DNA from: Christensenella sp. UBA3217
GTDB taxonomy: Bacteria > Bacillota > Clostridia > Christensenellales > CAG-1252
NCBI GenBank assembly: GCA_002363545.1
Contig: DEWF01000010.1
Location: forward strand, 80,412-144,411
DNA: 64,000 bases
Direction of reading: 5' to 3'
In this document: positions 26,093 to 35,167 of the stretch, one piece after another
Layout of the letters: every line of letters begins with the position of its first letter
Position numbering within the stretch: the first letter of the stretch is position 1
Notes under the pieces: model-generated
The model's database searches: none
What the model saw: only the letters and a program-made list of their open reading frames with translations
Told to the model about the DNA's origin: nothing
Program-made: the position numbers and the translations under genes

Positions 26093-26102
26093 GGTGAGTA
26101 GT

Positions 26103-27065
26103 ATGATTTACGCAGGCGTAGACGTTGGCGGCATGAGCATCAAGTGTTGCCTCGCAACAGAAGAAGGAAAGATCATCACAAAGGGCAGTTTTGTCACCAA
26201 AGAAGGCATCACCTGCGCCGAAATGGCAGAGCAAACGGCTTCTTACATCAAGACCCTTGCAAAGAATGCGGGTATTGAGGAGAAGGAGATCGTTTCCGTA
26301 GGTATGGGAACCCCCGGTACGGTGGATGGCAAGAAAGGCATGATCGTGTATTCCAACAACATCAAGTTGGATCATGCGCCCATCGTAAAGGAAATGGAAA
26401 AGCACCTATCCTGTCCCGTTTTTGTTGAAAACGACGCCAACGCGGCGGCTCTCGGCGAAGCGGTTTTCGGTGCGGCAAAGGGCTTGAAGAACGTGGTTTT
26501 GGTCACGCTCGGCACGGGCGTCGGAACCGGTATCGTAGCCAACGGTCAAATGATCACCGGCATGGGTGGCGCCGGTGCGGAAGGCGGCCACATGGTTATT
26601 AAAATGGGCGGAGAAAAATGCAGTTGCGGCAATCGCGGTTGCTTTGAAGCCTATGCTTCCGCTTCCGCACTTTTAAAACAAACCGACAAAATGGTTGCTC
26701 GCCATCCCGATAGTTTGCTTGCTTCTCTGTGGGCAGAAAAAGGCAGAGTGGGCATTGTTCCCTTTGACGCGGCAAAAGCAGGTGACAAAGCGGGCGAGAC
26801 CGTGATCCGCAATTACGTGAATTACGTGGCACAGGGGCTTGTCGGGTTAGTGAATATTTTCCGTCCGGACGTGGTTTTGATCGGTGGCGGAATCAGCAAT
26901 CAAGGGGATTACTTTATCAAAAAGGTATCCCGACGCTTGAATAGGATCGTGTACGGTTCCAGCATTAACGATAGGGTGAAAGTAAAGGCGGCGGAGCTTA
27001 AAAACGATGCGGGCCTTTTGGGTGCGGTGGCGTTGGCTGTGCGCGCGGGGAACGCGCGAGCGTAG
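26103..27065 (+). CDS. glcK: ROK-family glucokinase
   Basis: YAGVDVGGMSIK, ENDANAAALGE, and the zinc motif HMVIKMGGEKCSCGNRGCFEAYAS. GAGGTG RBS before the ATG at 26103. Confidence 0.88.
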   Translation: MIYAGVDVGGMSIKCCLATEEGKIITKGSFVTKEGITCAEMAEQTASYIKTLAKNAGIEEKEIVSVGMGTPGTVDGKKGMIVYSNNIKLDHAPIVKEMEKHLSCPVFVENDANAAALGEAVFGAAKGLKNVVLVTLGTGVGTGIVANGQMITGMGGAGAEGGHMVIKMGGEKCSCGNRGCFEAYASASALLKQTDKMVARHPDSLLASLWAEKGRVGIVPFDAAKAGDKAGETVIRNYVNYVAQGLVGLVNIFRPDVVLIGGGISNQGDYFIKKVSRRLNRIVYGSSINDRVKVKAAELKNDAGLLGAVALAVRAGNARA

Positions 27066-27146
27066 CGAGCGCGTATAAGGGCGCATCTGCGGCGCTGCCA
27101 ACACCCCAAAGAATTTGTATTTTTTCGGGGACCCCAAGGAGTAAAA

Positions 27147-27596
27147 ATGAAAACCTTGTTTATTTATTTCAGTTATACGGGCAGTGGGGATCTGGTGGCG
27201 GAGCGCCTTGCCTCCAAAGGAGCGGAGGTTCGCAAAGTGCAAATGAAAAAAGCACTTCCTCGCTCTTTCTTTTTCGGAATTTTAAAAGGCGGCTTTTTGG
27301 CGTTGACCAAAAAAAAGAGCGCCTTGCTGGATTGGAATAAAAACATTGAAGGGTACGACCATATCATCATAGGTTCCCCCATTTGGAACGCCCGCATTTC
27401 TTCCCCCATCAACACGGTGTTATCCTCTCTTTCTTTGGAGAACAAGCCTCTTACTTTTGTGTTTTATGCAGGGAGCGGAACGGGGAAAAACGCCGAGATG
27501 CGCGTTGCAAACGAATACCCGAATGCAAAGGTCCTTTTCTTAAAAGAACCCAAGAAATATCAAGAAGAATTGGATAAGTTGGATCCTCTCCTTTGA
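27147..27596 (+). CDS. Flavodoxin-like protein
   Basis: MKTLFIYFSYTGSGD and IIIGSPIWNARIS are typical flavodoxin-fold FMN loops. Confidence 0.7.
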   Translation: MKTLFIYFSYTGSGDLVAERLASKGAEVRKVQMKKALPRSFFFGILKGGFLALTKKKSALLDWNKNIEGYDHIIIGSPIWNARISSPINTVLSSLSLENKPLTFVFYAGSGTGKNAEMRVANEYPNAKVLFLKEPKKYQEELDKLDPLL

Positions 27597-27610
27597 AAAC
27601 AAGGTAAACG

Positions 27611-27647
27611 ATCACCGCAGGCTTTGCGGTGATTTTTGTTTTTTTGG
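27611..27647 (+). terminator. Rho-independent terminator
   Basis: Stem ATCACCGC/GCGGTGAT followed by a T-rich run. Confidence 0.75.
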
Positions 27648-27753
27648 AAGGGGGTTTGCCTTGTGACACGCCAGGCATAGAGATCGTCTTTCCACTTTAC
27701 TTTATTCTTCGCGCGTGATATAATAACAATACTTCTATTTGGGAAGGTGCAGT

Positions 27754-28728
27754 ATGAAAGTATGGAAGATCGTGGGGCCCAGGACCCTCTCTATGGAGGA
27801 GGAACAAGGGGAACTTCGCCCTGATTACGTGAAGGTAAAAGTCACCAAACTTGGCTTGACCAGCGCGGATATCGCCGTTTATGAAGGGCAGAGCGATATC
27901 ACTCTTCCCATCGTTCCGGGCAGGATCGCCACCGGCGTTATCAGCGAGGTGAATCCGGAAAGCCGCTTCCGCAAAGGGGAGCGCGTGCTTCTTTCTCCTT
28001 ACGTGCGTGACCGCAAGGGCCGCCTTCTGACCAAGGGGTTGGATACGGACGGTTATTTGGCGGATTACGTGGTGGTGCCGGAGGATTCCGTGTGTGCTCT
28101 TCCCGAAACCATCACCGAAGATATGGGCGTTTATGCCGAATACATCAGCATAGCCACGGGTTTGATCGGTAAGTTGGATTTAAAGCACGAACAGTACGTT
28201 GCGATCCTCGGCGCGAATGCGCTCGGCTTGATCTTTGCCCAACTTGCCATCTACTATCAGGCAATTCCCATCATCATTGATCGTTCGGAGAAAAAGCTTG
28301 CCGAAGCGGCAAATTTCGGCATCTATTACCGCATCAATTCTTCCAAGCAGGATGCCGCTCGCCGTATCCGCCAGATCACCTGCGGCAAAATGGCGGATTG
28401 CACCGTTTTCGAGTGCCGTTCCTCTCAGCAACCGCAACTGGCATTCTCCCTCACGGCGGAAGGGGGCAAAGTGGGTATCGTTGGGTACGATAGCTTCATA
28501 AGCAAATTGAATGCGGATATCTCCGCCATCATGGGCAGGCAACTCTCGGTCGTGGGCATTAACAATGGCGCCGCAGATATGGATGCCGCCATCAACTTGC
28601 TTGCAAATAACATTGTAAAGGTGGATAACATTGCGGATAAAACGGTGGATTTTCTTGCCGCGCCCGATGCGTTTACCCAGTCCATAGACAGCGAGAACAA
28701 TTATTTAAAGATCTTGATCAAGTGCTGA
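27754..28728 (+). CDS. Medium-chain (zinc-type) alcohol/polyol dehydrogenase family protein
   Basis: GroES-like N-terminus (VKVTKLGLTSADIAVYEG, PGRIATGVISEV) and a Rossmann segment ILGANALGLIFAQLA. Confidence 0.75.
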   Translation: MKVWKIVGPRTLSMEEEQGELRPDYVKVKVTKLGLTSADIAVYEGQSDITLPIVPGRIATGVISEVNPESRFRKGERVLLSPYVRDRKGRLLTKGLDTDGYLADYVVVPEDSVCALPETITEDMGVYAEYISIATGLIGKLDLKHEQYVAILGANALGLIFAQLAIYYQAIPIIIDRSEKKLAEAANFGIYYRINSSKQDAARRIRQITCGKMADCTVFECRSSQQPQLAFSLTAEGGKVGIVGYDSFISKLNADISAIMGRQLSVVGINNGAADMDAAINLLANNIVKVDNIADKTVDFLAAPDAFTQSIDSENNYLKILIKC

Positions 28729-28752
28729 GTGGCGGCTTTTATTGCGTAAAAA

Positions 28753-28792
28753 AAGAAGACGGTTTGACCGTCTCTTTTTTTTATTATTTATT
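28753..28792. terminator. Terminator hairpin between convergent genes
   Basis: Stem GACGG/CCGTC flanked by an A-run and a T-run. Confidence 0.6.
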
Positions 28793-28802
28793 CCGAAACC
28801 TT

Positions 28803-30143
28803 TTAAAAGATCTTGGGTAAATAGGCATGCAAATACCCTTCAAAAACGGCAATGGAGGAAAGTGCGTCTGCCTTTTCCTTCTCGGTCAGTCCGTCCGTAG
28901 CGTCAAAAGAGGAAAGAGAACGCAAGGCGGCAAGCATTTCGTTTTGGGAAACGGGCTCCTTCTGCACCTCTTCTATTAACTCTTTATCCAACAAGGAAGA
29001 TAACAAGTCTTGCTCATCCGTAAAAGCGGAAAGCAATTCGTTAAAGGCCGCGAGCAGGGCGGTTTGCTTTTCATCGCTCACGGCGTCGTAAGCACGAATG
29101 GCGGCATACAGACGGTACACCTTGTTCGCAAGTGACGTTTCCTCATCCGTAAAATAAAGGAACTCTCCGTTCACGGTAAAGCCGCTCACGATGCGGCGGA
29201 GGGAAAGGTATTCGTCATAGCCTCCCTCTCGCGCTTGGTATTGTTCTTCCGAGATAAGGGTCGCTTCCCATTCCGAATAAAGGTATCCGTAGTACAAGGT
29301 CCTCTCTTGCTTTTCGTAAGGAAGACCGAGCAAGGCGCGTGCGCCCCCCACCGAAAGGTATTCCGCGCCGTAGGTAAGAAGCTCATCGTAATGCAAGACC
29401 AAAAGATCGGAAAGAGAGGTAAGCAAGGTTTTGCTACGCTCCACCACCTCTTGCATATCGGGATCGGTTTCTTCTTCCGCCGAATAGTTTTCTATTATGC
29501 TGTTTAAGAAGGAACGAAGGGTCTCTTTTGCTCCGTTGCTAATGCCCACCGCCGCACGCAGAGAAGCGGAAAGACCGTAAAGGGCGGTGGTGATCTGTCT
29601 TTCTCCAATGGAACTTAATTCTCCCGCAAGAAGGCTATCCAGCAAACTTGTGCCGAAAGCGGCGTCCTGTCCGAGCAGGAGAGAGGCAAGTTTTTTGCAG
29701 TCCTCTTTCGTGTAAGGCAACTCTTCAAAAAGGCGGTTTGCCACGGTGTAAAACACACTGCCCGCCACGTCGGGGCTCACGCTGTCTGCCACCACTTGCA
29801 AAGCGGGGCGGTAAAGGCTGTATCCCTCCTCGGAAAAATCGTTGTTTTTCAAAGCAAGCAGTGCTTCTCCTATCTCCGTTGCATGCTCTTTCAAAGCAAG
29901 CAGGGCGGTGCGCATCTCCGCTTGTTCCAACCCCGCTTCTTTAAAAAGGGAGAGGAGGGAGGTTGCCACTGAGGCGTTGTCTTCACCCGCGGGGAAGGCG
30001 GCGTTAACGCATTGCAAAGCAAGCTCCTCTTGGGATAAGGTGACAGCCTGCCCGTTCTCATCGCACGCAAAAAGACCCGCCGAAAGCAGGCAAAGCAGAG
30101 CGATGATCAAAAGCAATGCAAAAACACGTTTCATCCTATTCAC
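28803..30143 (-). CDS. Lipoprotein, alpha-helical, unknown function
   Basis: Signal peptide with lipobox GLFAC. The 420-aa mature part is Leu/Ala/Glu-rich with no motif I recognise. Confidence 0.55.
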   Translation of the reverse strand: MNRMKRVFALLLIIALLCLLSAGLFACDENGQAVTLSQEELALQCVNAAFPAGEDNASVATSLLSLFKEAGLEQAEMRTALLALKEHATEIGEALLALKNNDFSEEGYSLYRPALQVVADSVSPDVAGSVFYTVANRLFEELPYTKEDCKKLASLLLGQDAAFGTSLLDSLLAGELSSIGERQITTALYGLSASLRAAVGISNGAKETLRSFLNSIIENYSAEEETDPDMQEVVERSKTLLTSLSDLLVLHYDELLTYGAEYLSVGGARALLGLPYEKQERTLYYGYLYSEWEATLISEEQYQAREGGYDEYLSLRRIVSGFTVNGEFLYFTDEETSLANKVYRLYAAIRAYDAVSDEKQTALLAAFNELLSAFTDEQDLLSSLLDKELIEEVQKEPVSQNEMLAALRSLSSFDATDGLTEKEKADALSSIAVFEGYLHAYLPKIF

Positions 30144-30195
30144 TATAACACACGCGCGAGAATTTAGTCAATCATGAACCCAAAGGAAAAGCCTG

Positions 30196-31146
30196 TCAAT
30201 CAGACGTGTTTTGGGTGCGCTTTCGGAAAAAGAGCTCTTTGGTTTCGGTAAGCACAATGGCGATCAGCATAAGCGATATGCCTATCCACTCCCGCATAGA
30301 AAGCATTTCTCCCTTTATCAGCATGCCAAAGAGCATGGAAAAACTCGCTTCCAAACTCATAATGAGGGAAGCCGCCGTGGGGTTGGTGCCTTTTTGTCCG
30401 AGGATCTGGAATGTGTAAGCTATGCCGCAGGAACAAATGCCCATATACAAAAAGGCTTTGTAATGCGCAAGCAGCACGGAAAAAGAAAAGGCGTCCCGCT
30501 CAAAGATCAAAGCGGCAATGGCGGAAAACACGCCGCAGAACAAAAATTGAAGGCAACTGAGTTTCACGCCGTCCACTTTGTTTCCGAAATAGTCCACCAC
30601 CGTGATGTGCACCGCAAAAGCTACCGCGCAAAAGATCAAGCAGAGATCTCCCGTGTTAACGGAAAAAGCACCTTTCACGCATATCAGGTACAAGCCCCCC
30701 ACGCCAAGCGCAACCGATATCCAAATAAAAAGCCCGCTTTTCTTGCCGAGAAGCAGTCCGATCACAGGCACCAACACAATATACATGGCGGTAATAAATC
30801 CCGCCTTGCCGGGTTCCATATTTTGTGAAATGCCAAACTGTTGCAGGTTTTCCGCAGTACAGATCACCACGCCACACACCAGCCCACCGAGTAAAAGGGT
30901 AAGCCTTGCGTTTTTTTTCTCTTCAAGGGAGAGATTAGGGACTCCTCCCCTTTTTTTACGCAAAGCGTCCATGGTCAGAAACACCGGCACGAGCACAATC
31001 GATCCAATAAAAGAACGGGTGGCGGTAAAGGTGAATGGGGCTACTTCCTTAACTGCCTGTACCACAAAAGAAAGCCCCCAAAGAATGGCGGCGGCAAAGA
31101 GAAATGCGTAGCGGATCCATTTTCCGTTGTGTGTGCTTTCGTTCAT
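30196..31146 (-). CDS. EamA/DMT-family transporter
   Basis: About 10 TM helices in two EamA-like halves. 316 aa. Confidence 0.75.
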   Translation of the reverse strand: MNESTHNGKWIRYAFLFAAAILWGLSFVVQAVKEVAPFTFTATRSFIGSIVLVPVFLTMDALRKKRGGVPNLSLEEKKNARLTLLLGGLVCGVVICTAENLQQFGISQNMEPGKAGFITAMYIVLVPVIGLLLGKKSGLFIWISVALGVGGLYLICVKGAFSVNTGDLCLIFCAVAFAVHITVVDYFGNKVDGVKLSCLQFLFCGVFSAIAALIFERDAFSFSVLLAHYKAFLYMGICSCGIAYTFQILGQKGTNPTAASLIMSLEASFSMLFGMLIKGEMLSMREWIGISLMLIAIVLTETKELFFRKRTQNTSD

Positions 31147-31208
31147 GTATCCAATCTACAATCACGGGGCGGTGAAAGTCAAGAAAAAATCTCACGCCCG
31201 CCCGTTTA

Positions 31209-31237
31209 TTGACAAATAATAATAACACAATTATAAT
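31209..31237 (+). promoter_or_regulatory. Consensus sigma-A promoter of ybaK (TTGACA-17-TATAAT)
   Basis: TTGACA at 31209-31214, a 17-nt spacer, TATAAT at 31232-31237. The ATG lies at 31245. Confidence 0.7.
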
Positions 31238-31244
31238 AGAAAAT

Positions 31245-31718
31245 ATGGAAAAATCCGAAAAGACCAACGCCATGCGCATATTGGAATCGCAGGGGGAAAG
31301 CTACGAGCCCATCTACCTTTCCGTGATCCCCACGGACGGGGTGAGCGCGGCTAATGCCATCGGGTGCGATCCCGCCTGCGTATTCAAAACGCTCGTGACG
31401 GTGGGCTCCGATCTTTCGCATTACGTTTTCGTAATACCCGTTGCGCAAACGTTGGATCTTAAAAAAGCGGCGAAAGCGGCGGGGGTCAAAAGCGTGGAGA
31501 TGCTTCCGCAAAAAATGCTCTTTCCGTTAACGGGATACGTGCACGGCGGGTGCAGTCCCATCGGTATGAAAAAACCCTTTCCCACCTTTTTTGATGAAAC
31601 GGCGATCCTCTTTGACAAGATCGTCACAAGCGCGGGAAAACTCGGCGTCTTTTTGCGCACCGCGCCTTGCTCTTTCGAAAAGGTTGTAAATGTAAAATAT
31701 GCGGATCTGGTGAGGTGA
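31245..31718 (+). CDS. ybaK: Cys-tRNA(Pro)/aminoacyl-tRNA deacylase YbaK
   Basis: KTNAMRILESQG N-terminus, KTLV, and the GYVHGGCSPIGMKK active-site region. Confidence 0.85.
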   Translation: MEKSEKTNAMRILESQGESYEPIYLSVIPTDGVSAANAIGCDPACVFKTLVTVGSDLSHYVFVIPVAQTLDLKKAAKAAGVKSVEMLPQKMLFPLTGYVHGGCSPIGMKKPFPTFFDETAILFDKIVTSAGKLGVFLRTAPCSFEKVVNVKYADLVR

Positions 31719-31720
31719 AT

Positions 31721-32377
31721 ATGTCTGATATCGTGGTATCGAACGTTAGCAAAAGTTTTGACAAAAGGGAGATCTTGCACTCCCTGTCTTTTACGGTAAA
31801 ATCAGGAGATTTTCTTTCCATCACCGGTGAAAGCGGAAGCGGAAAAAGCACTTTGCTCTCCATTATGGGGGGTGTGATGCGTCCCGACGGCGGCAAGGTG
31901 GAACTGGGAGGAACGGATATTGCTTCTCTTTCGGAAAAAGCGCTTGCCAAGATGCGTCGTACCCGTTTGGGTTTTGTGTATCAGTTTTTTAATTTGATCC
32001 CCACCATGACGGTGCGTGATAATATTTTATTGCCCTTGATCTTGGATGGAAAAAAGCCATCGCTCTATCGTGAAAAGTTTGATGAACTCGTATCCTTCAC
32101 CCACTTGGGCGCCGTGCTGGATTCTTACCCAGGCACTTTGTCCGGCGGTGAACAGCAGCGTGCGGCGATCTTGCGCGCATTGATCCACGATCCCGAGGTC
32201 ATTTTGCTGGATGAACCCACGGGCAATTTGGATAGCGAAAACGCGCACGCCGTCATGACCTTATTATCCGATCTGAATCGTAAATACGGCGTCACGGTGG
32301 TGCAAGTGACGCACAGCGAACAGGGCGCGGCATACGGTAATCGTGTGATCACGATCAAGGACGGCAGTTTGGCGTGA
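31721..32377 (+). CDS. ABC transporter ATP-binding protein (MacB/LolD-like)
   Basis: Walker A GESGSGKST, signature LSGGEQQR, Walker B ILLDEPT. GAGGTG RBS. Confidence 0.9.
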   Translation: MSDIVVSNVSKSFDKREILHSLSFTVKSGDFLSITGESGSGKSTLLSIMGGVMRPDGGKVELGGTDIASLSEKALAKMRRTRLGFVYQFFNLIPTMTVRDNILLPLILDGKKPSLYREKFDELVSFTHLGAVLDSYPGTLSGGEQQRAAILRALIHDPEVILLDEPTGNLDSENAHAVMTLLSDLNRKYGVTVVQVTHSEQGAAYGNRVITIKDGSLA

Positions 32378-34722
32378 TGTTCGCAAAAAGCATTCTACTC
32401 GGCTTGAAACGAAAGATAGGAGAGCCGATCATGATCCTTTTGACGGTGGCTATCGCAGTGGCCACTTTTGCTTCCGCACTTTCTCTGCGGAGCGCCATTC
32501 AAAAAACCGCGATCGCTTCTTATCAGGCGCTTTCGGGCAGCTCGGAATGGGAGATCTCGGCGGAATATTCTTACGACGCGTATTACCTGACGGCGGATGG
32601 CGCCGAATATCAAAAATTACAGCAAGCGGTTTCCCCTTATGGGGAGCTTCGCAAAGGTTATCTTTTTTACGCCGCCCTCGGGAAAGAGGGGGGTGAACCG
32701 CGTTTTGCCACCGTTTACTCGGCGGATTATCAAGAGTTGAGCCTCTATAACCCCGTTCACTATGCGAGCGGGCGCGCACCCATTGAACAAACCGAAGTGG
32801 TACTTTCACGCGCCTTTGCGCAAAAAATAGGGGTCAAAACCGGGGATTATTTGGTTGCCTCGCGTTATGGGTCCGACCGAGAGAGCACTCTGCGCGTTGC
32901 GGGTATTGCAAAAGACGAGGGCATCTTTTCCCAAGTGAACGTGCTGTTTTCGGAAGTGGTGGCTTCTCGCTTGTTGTTCCAGCGGGACGAAGTACGAGCA
33001 TATAACAAGTTTTTCGCGGATATTTCCGAAGAAAAGATAAAAGCATCGGGCATGGATAAAGAGAGTGCGTTGCAGGCGATCCGTACGGCGCTCCCCACTT
33101 ACAAGGTGCAATCCCCCGTTAAGGACAAAAACGTGGAGATCACCCTCAATTATCAAAGCATATTGCTTTTTGTGATCGCTCTTATCGTGGCGGCGCTGGG
33201 CGCGGTGCTCATTTATACGGCGGTCACTCTCGTTGTGAAAAACAGGATCGCAACGGCGGCGCTTTTCAAGAGCGTTGGTGCCACGAGCGGTGTGCTTTCT
33301 CTCTACCTTCTTGCCGAGGTGCTTTTATACGGCTTGGTAGGCAGTTTGCTGGGCATTGCGGGCAGTTTCGGCGTGAGTGCCATCTTCGGAGCGCTGACGG
33401 GTTCGGTTGCGGATTTCTCCCTTGGAGCGGGCACGGTGTTTGCAGGCATCGGCTTTGGTCTGGGGCTCTCGCTGCTTTCGGGGCTCTTGCCCGTTTTGCG
33501 CCTTTCGTGCGCCTCTCTTTACGATACCCTTCACGCACATTCTCCCGTGTTGACGGTGAAAAAAATGCCCGCGCTTTTGACGGGTGCCGTTTTCGTTGCG
33601 CTTTTCCTTGCCACTGCGTTCGCAAGCGTTTCAGCCGCGTTTACGGTGGGTATTTTCGCTTCGCTTTCGCTACTGGCTTTTCTCTTTGCATTCATGCCGC
33701 TTGCCATCAAAGGGGTATCCATCCTTTTGTGCCGTTTGACCAAGGATCATCCGCGGCTCGGCAAGGTTTATTTAGCAGCTTCGGGTGCAAAGTGCGAGCG
33801 TCACACCCAATCGGGCGCACGTTTGCTTGCCATTGCGGTTGCGGCGGTCGTGTCGGTGGCGGTTCTCTTGGGGGAAGCGAATACCCAACTTTCTTCTTTT
33901 GAGAGATTGTTCCGCGCGGATATCATGATATCGGCAAGCGCAGACGAACTTGCAGCCATTGCTAACGACGTAAAAAACGAAGAGGGGGTATCGGGCGCTT
34001 ATCTTTGCTATATCGAGAGCCGCTGTCCCATCACGGGAGAGCAAGGCAACACCGTTTCTTTGATAGCCGCTCGCTCACAGGATTTTGAACAAGCCTTTCG
34101 GGCGGCGGAGTACGGGGTGGACGTGAACGCCATTCGCGGGGAAAGAAAAATCGCCATGGGTGGCGGTCTTGCCATGAAACTCGGCTTGCAGATCGGGGAC
34201 AGCGTGGAGATCACGCTGGACGGAAAGCCCGTCCTCTTTACCCTTGCTTGCATGATGGATAGCCCGTTGACCGTGGTGTTTACCGATCTTTCGGGCTTGG
34301 GTGCGGAGATCGGGGCGAACACCTGCTTGGTCAATGGCGGGGCGGAAGTGTATTCCCGTCTTTCACAAAAGTACTCCCTTACCGGAGCGGTGTATTATGC
34401 TGAGGACGCCTTCTCTTACGTGACGAAACTTGCTTCGTCCTATATCAAGGTGTTCACGCTTTTTGAGTTTTTGGTGTTGCTCTTTGCCGCTGCAGGGTAC
34501 CTTAACACCGCGCTTGCCGCTCATCGTGACAGAAAGCGCGAGTACGCATTGCTTTCCGCTTCCGGTGCAAGCAAACGGGATCTTTTGAAGATCATTGTGG
34601 CGGAAAATGGCATTGTGGTGCTTTCCGCCTTTGCCCTCGGCGCCCTCTTTGCAGTGGGACTTTTGTTTATCGTGCAAAACATGTTAAAGTCGCTCGGACT
34701 GTACTTTACGTTGCTTGGCTGA
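32374..34722 (+). CDS. ABC transporter permease with two FtsX domains (MacB-type)
   Basis: 782 aa with two blocks of 4 TM helices separated by large extracytoplasmic segments. Start overlaps the ATPase stop. Confidence 0.8.
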   Translation: MMFAKSILLGLKRKIGEPIMILLTVAIAVATFASALSLRSAIQKTAIASYQALSGSSEWEISAEYSYDAYYLTADGAEYQKLQQAVSPYGELRKGYLFYAALGKEGGEPRFATVYSADYQELSLYNPVHYASGRAPIEQTEVVLSRAFAQKIGVKTGDYLVASRYGSDRESTLRVAGIAKDEGIFSQVNVLFSEVVASRLLFQRDEVRAYNKFFADISEEKIKASGMDKESALQAIRTALPTYKVQSPVKDKNVEITLNYQSILLFVIALIVAALGAVLIYTAVTLVVKNRIATAALFKSVGATSGVLSLYLLAEVLLYGLVGSLLGIAGSFGVSAIFGALTGSVADFSLGAGTVFAGIGFGLGLSLLSGLLPVLRLSCASLYDTLHAHSPVLTVKKMPALLTGAVFVALFLATAFASVSAAFTVGIFASLSLLAFLFAFMPLAIKGVSILLCRLTKDHPRLGKVYLAASGAKCERHTQSGARLLAIAVAAVVSVAVLLGEANTQLSSFERLFRADIMISASADELAAIANDVKNEEGVSGAYLCYIESRCPITGEQGNTVSLIAARSQDFEQAFRAAEYGVDVNAIRGERKIAMGGGLAMKLGLQIGDSVEITLDGKPVLFTLACMMDSPLTVVFTDLSGLGAEIGANTCLVNGGAEVYSRLSQKYSLTGAVYYAEDAFSYVTKLASSYIKVFTLFEFLVLLFAAAGYLNTALAAHRDRKREYALLSASGASKRDLLKIIVAENGIVVLSAFALGALFAVGLLFIVQNMLKSLGLYFTLLG

Positions 34723-34796
34723 CGGAAAGAATGGGCATTTGGTAAAAAAAGAAGTATTAATTTTTTATAAAAAAATCGAATATCGCGTGAAAATCG

Positions 34797-34825
34797 TTGA
34801 CTTGCGCACCATTGGTAAGTATAAT
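34797..34825 (+). promoter_or_regulatory. rpmE promoter (TTGACT-17-TATAAT)
   Basis: TTGACT at 34797-34802, a 17-nt spacer, TATAAT at 34820-34825. Confidence 0.65.
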
Positions 34826-34862
34826 AACAGCATATAAAGACATTCATAAGAGGTGTATCATC

Positions 34863-35072
34863 ATGAAAGAGTCCATCCATCCCGAGTACAGAAAAGCAAC
34901 TGTTGTCTGTGCATGCGGCAATACCTTTGAAACGGGCACTACCAAGAAGACCGACGTGATCTCCGTCGATATCTGCTCCAAGTGCCATCCTTTTTTCACC
35001 GGTAAGCAAAAGCTTATTGATACCGGCGGCAGGGTAGAAAAGTTCAACAACCGCTTTAACAGAAGTAAATAA
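34863..35072 (+). CDS. rpmE: 50S ribosomal protein L31 (Zn-ribbon form)
   Basis: MKESIHPEY start, with CACG...[10 protein letters not shown] cysteines. AGAGGTG RBS. Confidence 0.95.
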   Translation: MKESIHPEYRKATVVCACGNTFETGTTKKTDVISVDICSKCHPFFTGKQKLIDTGGRVEKFNNRFNRSK

Positions 35073-35086
35073 AGAAAATCCAAAAG

Positions 35087-35119
35087 GTGCGTTGTTGATT
35101 TGCGACAACGCATTTTTTG
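35087..35119 (+). terminator. Terminator/attenuator after rpmE
   Basis: Stem GCGTTGT/ACAACGC followed by TTTTTT. Confidence 0.75.
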
Positions 35120-35167
35120 TACCGTTTCACGAAAGGTGAACGCATATTGCGTTCCGATGGTGATTAT

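Noticed and set aside
26990-27075. Possible extension of the glucokinase 3' end by a GC-rich repeat fragment (GAGCGTAGCGAGCGCG resembles the GARCGAAGCGAG blocks at 9.56 and 63.84 kb).
   Set aside because: The similarity is short (about 13 of 16 nt) and the reading frame ends normally. I cannot distinguish chance from repeat capture without a genome-wide repeat model.
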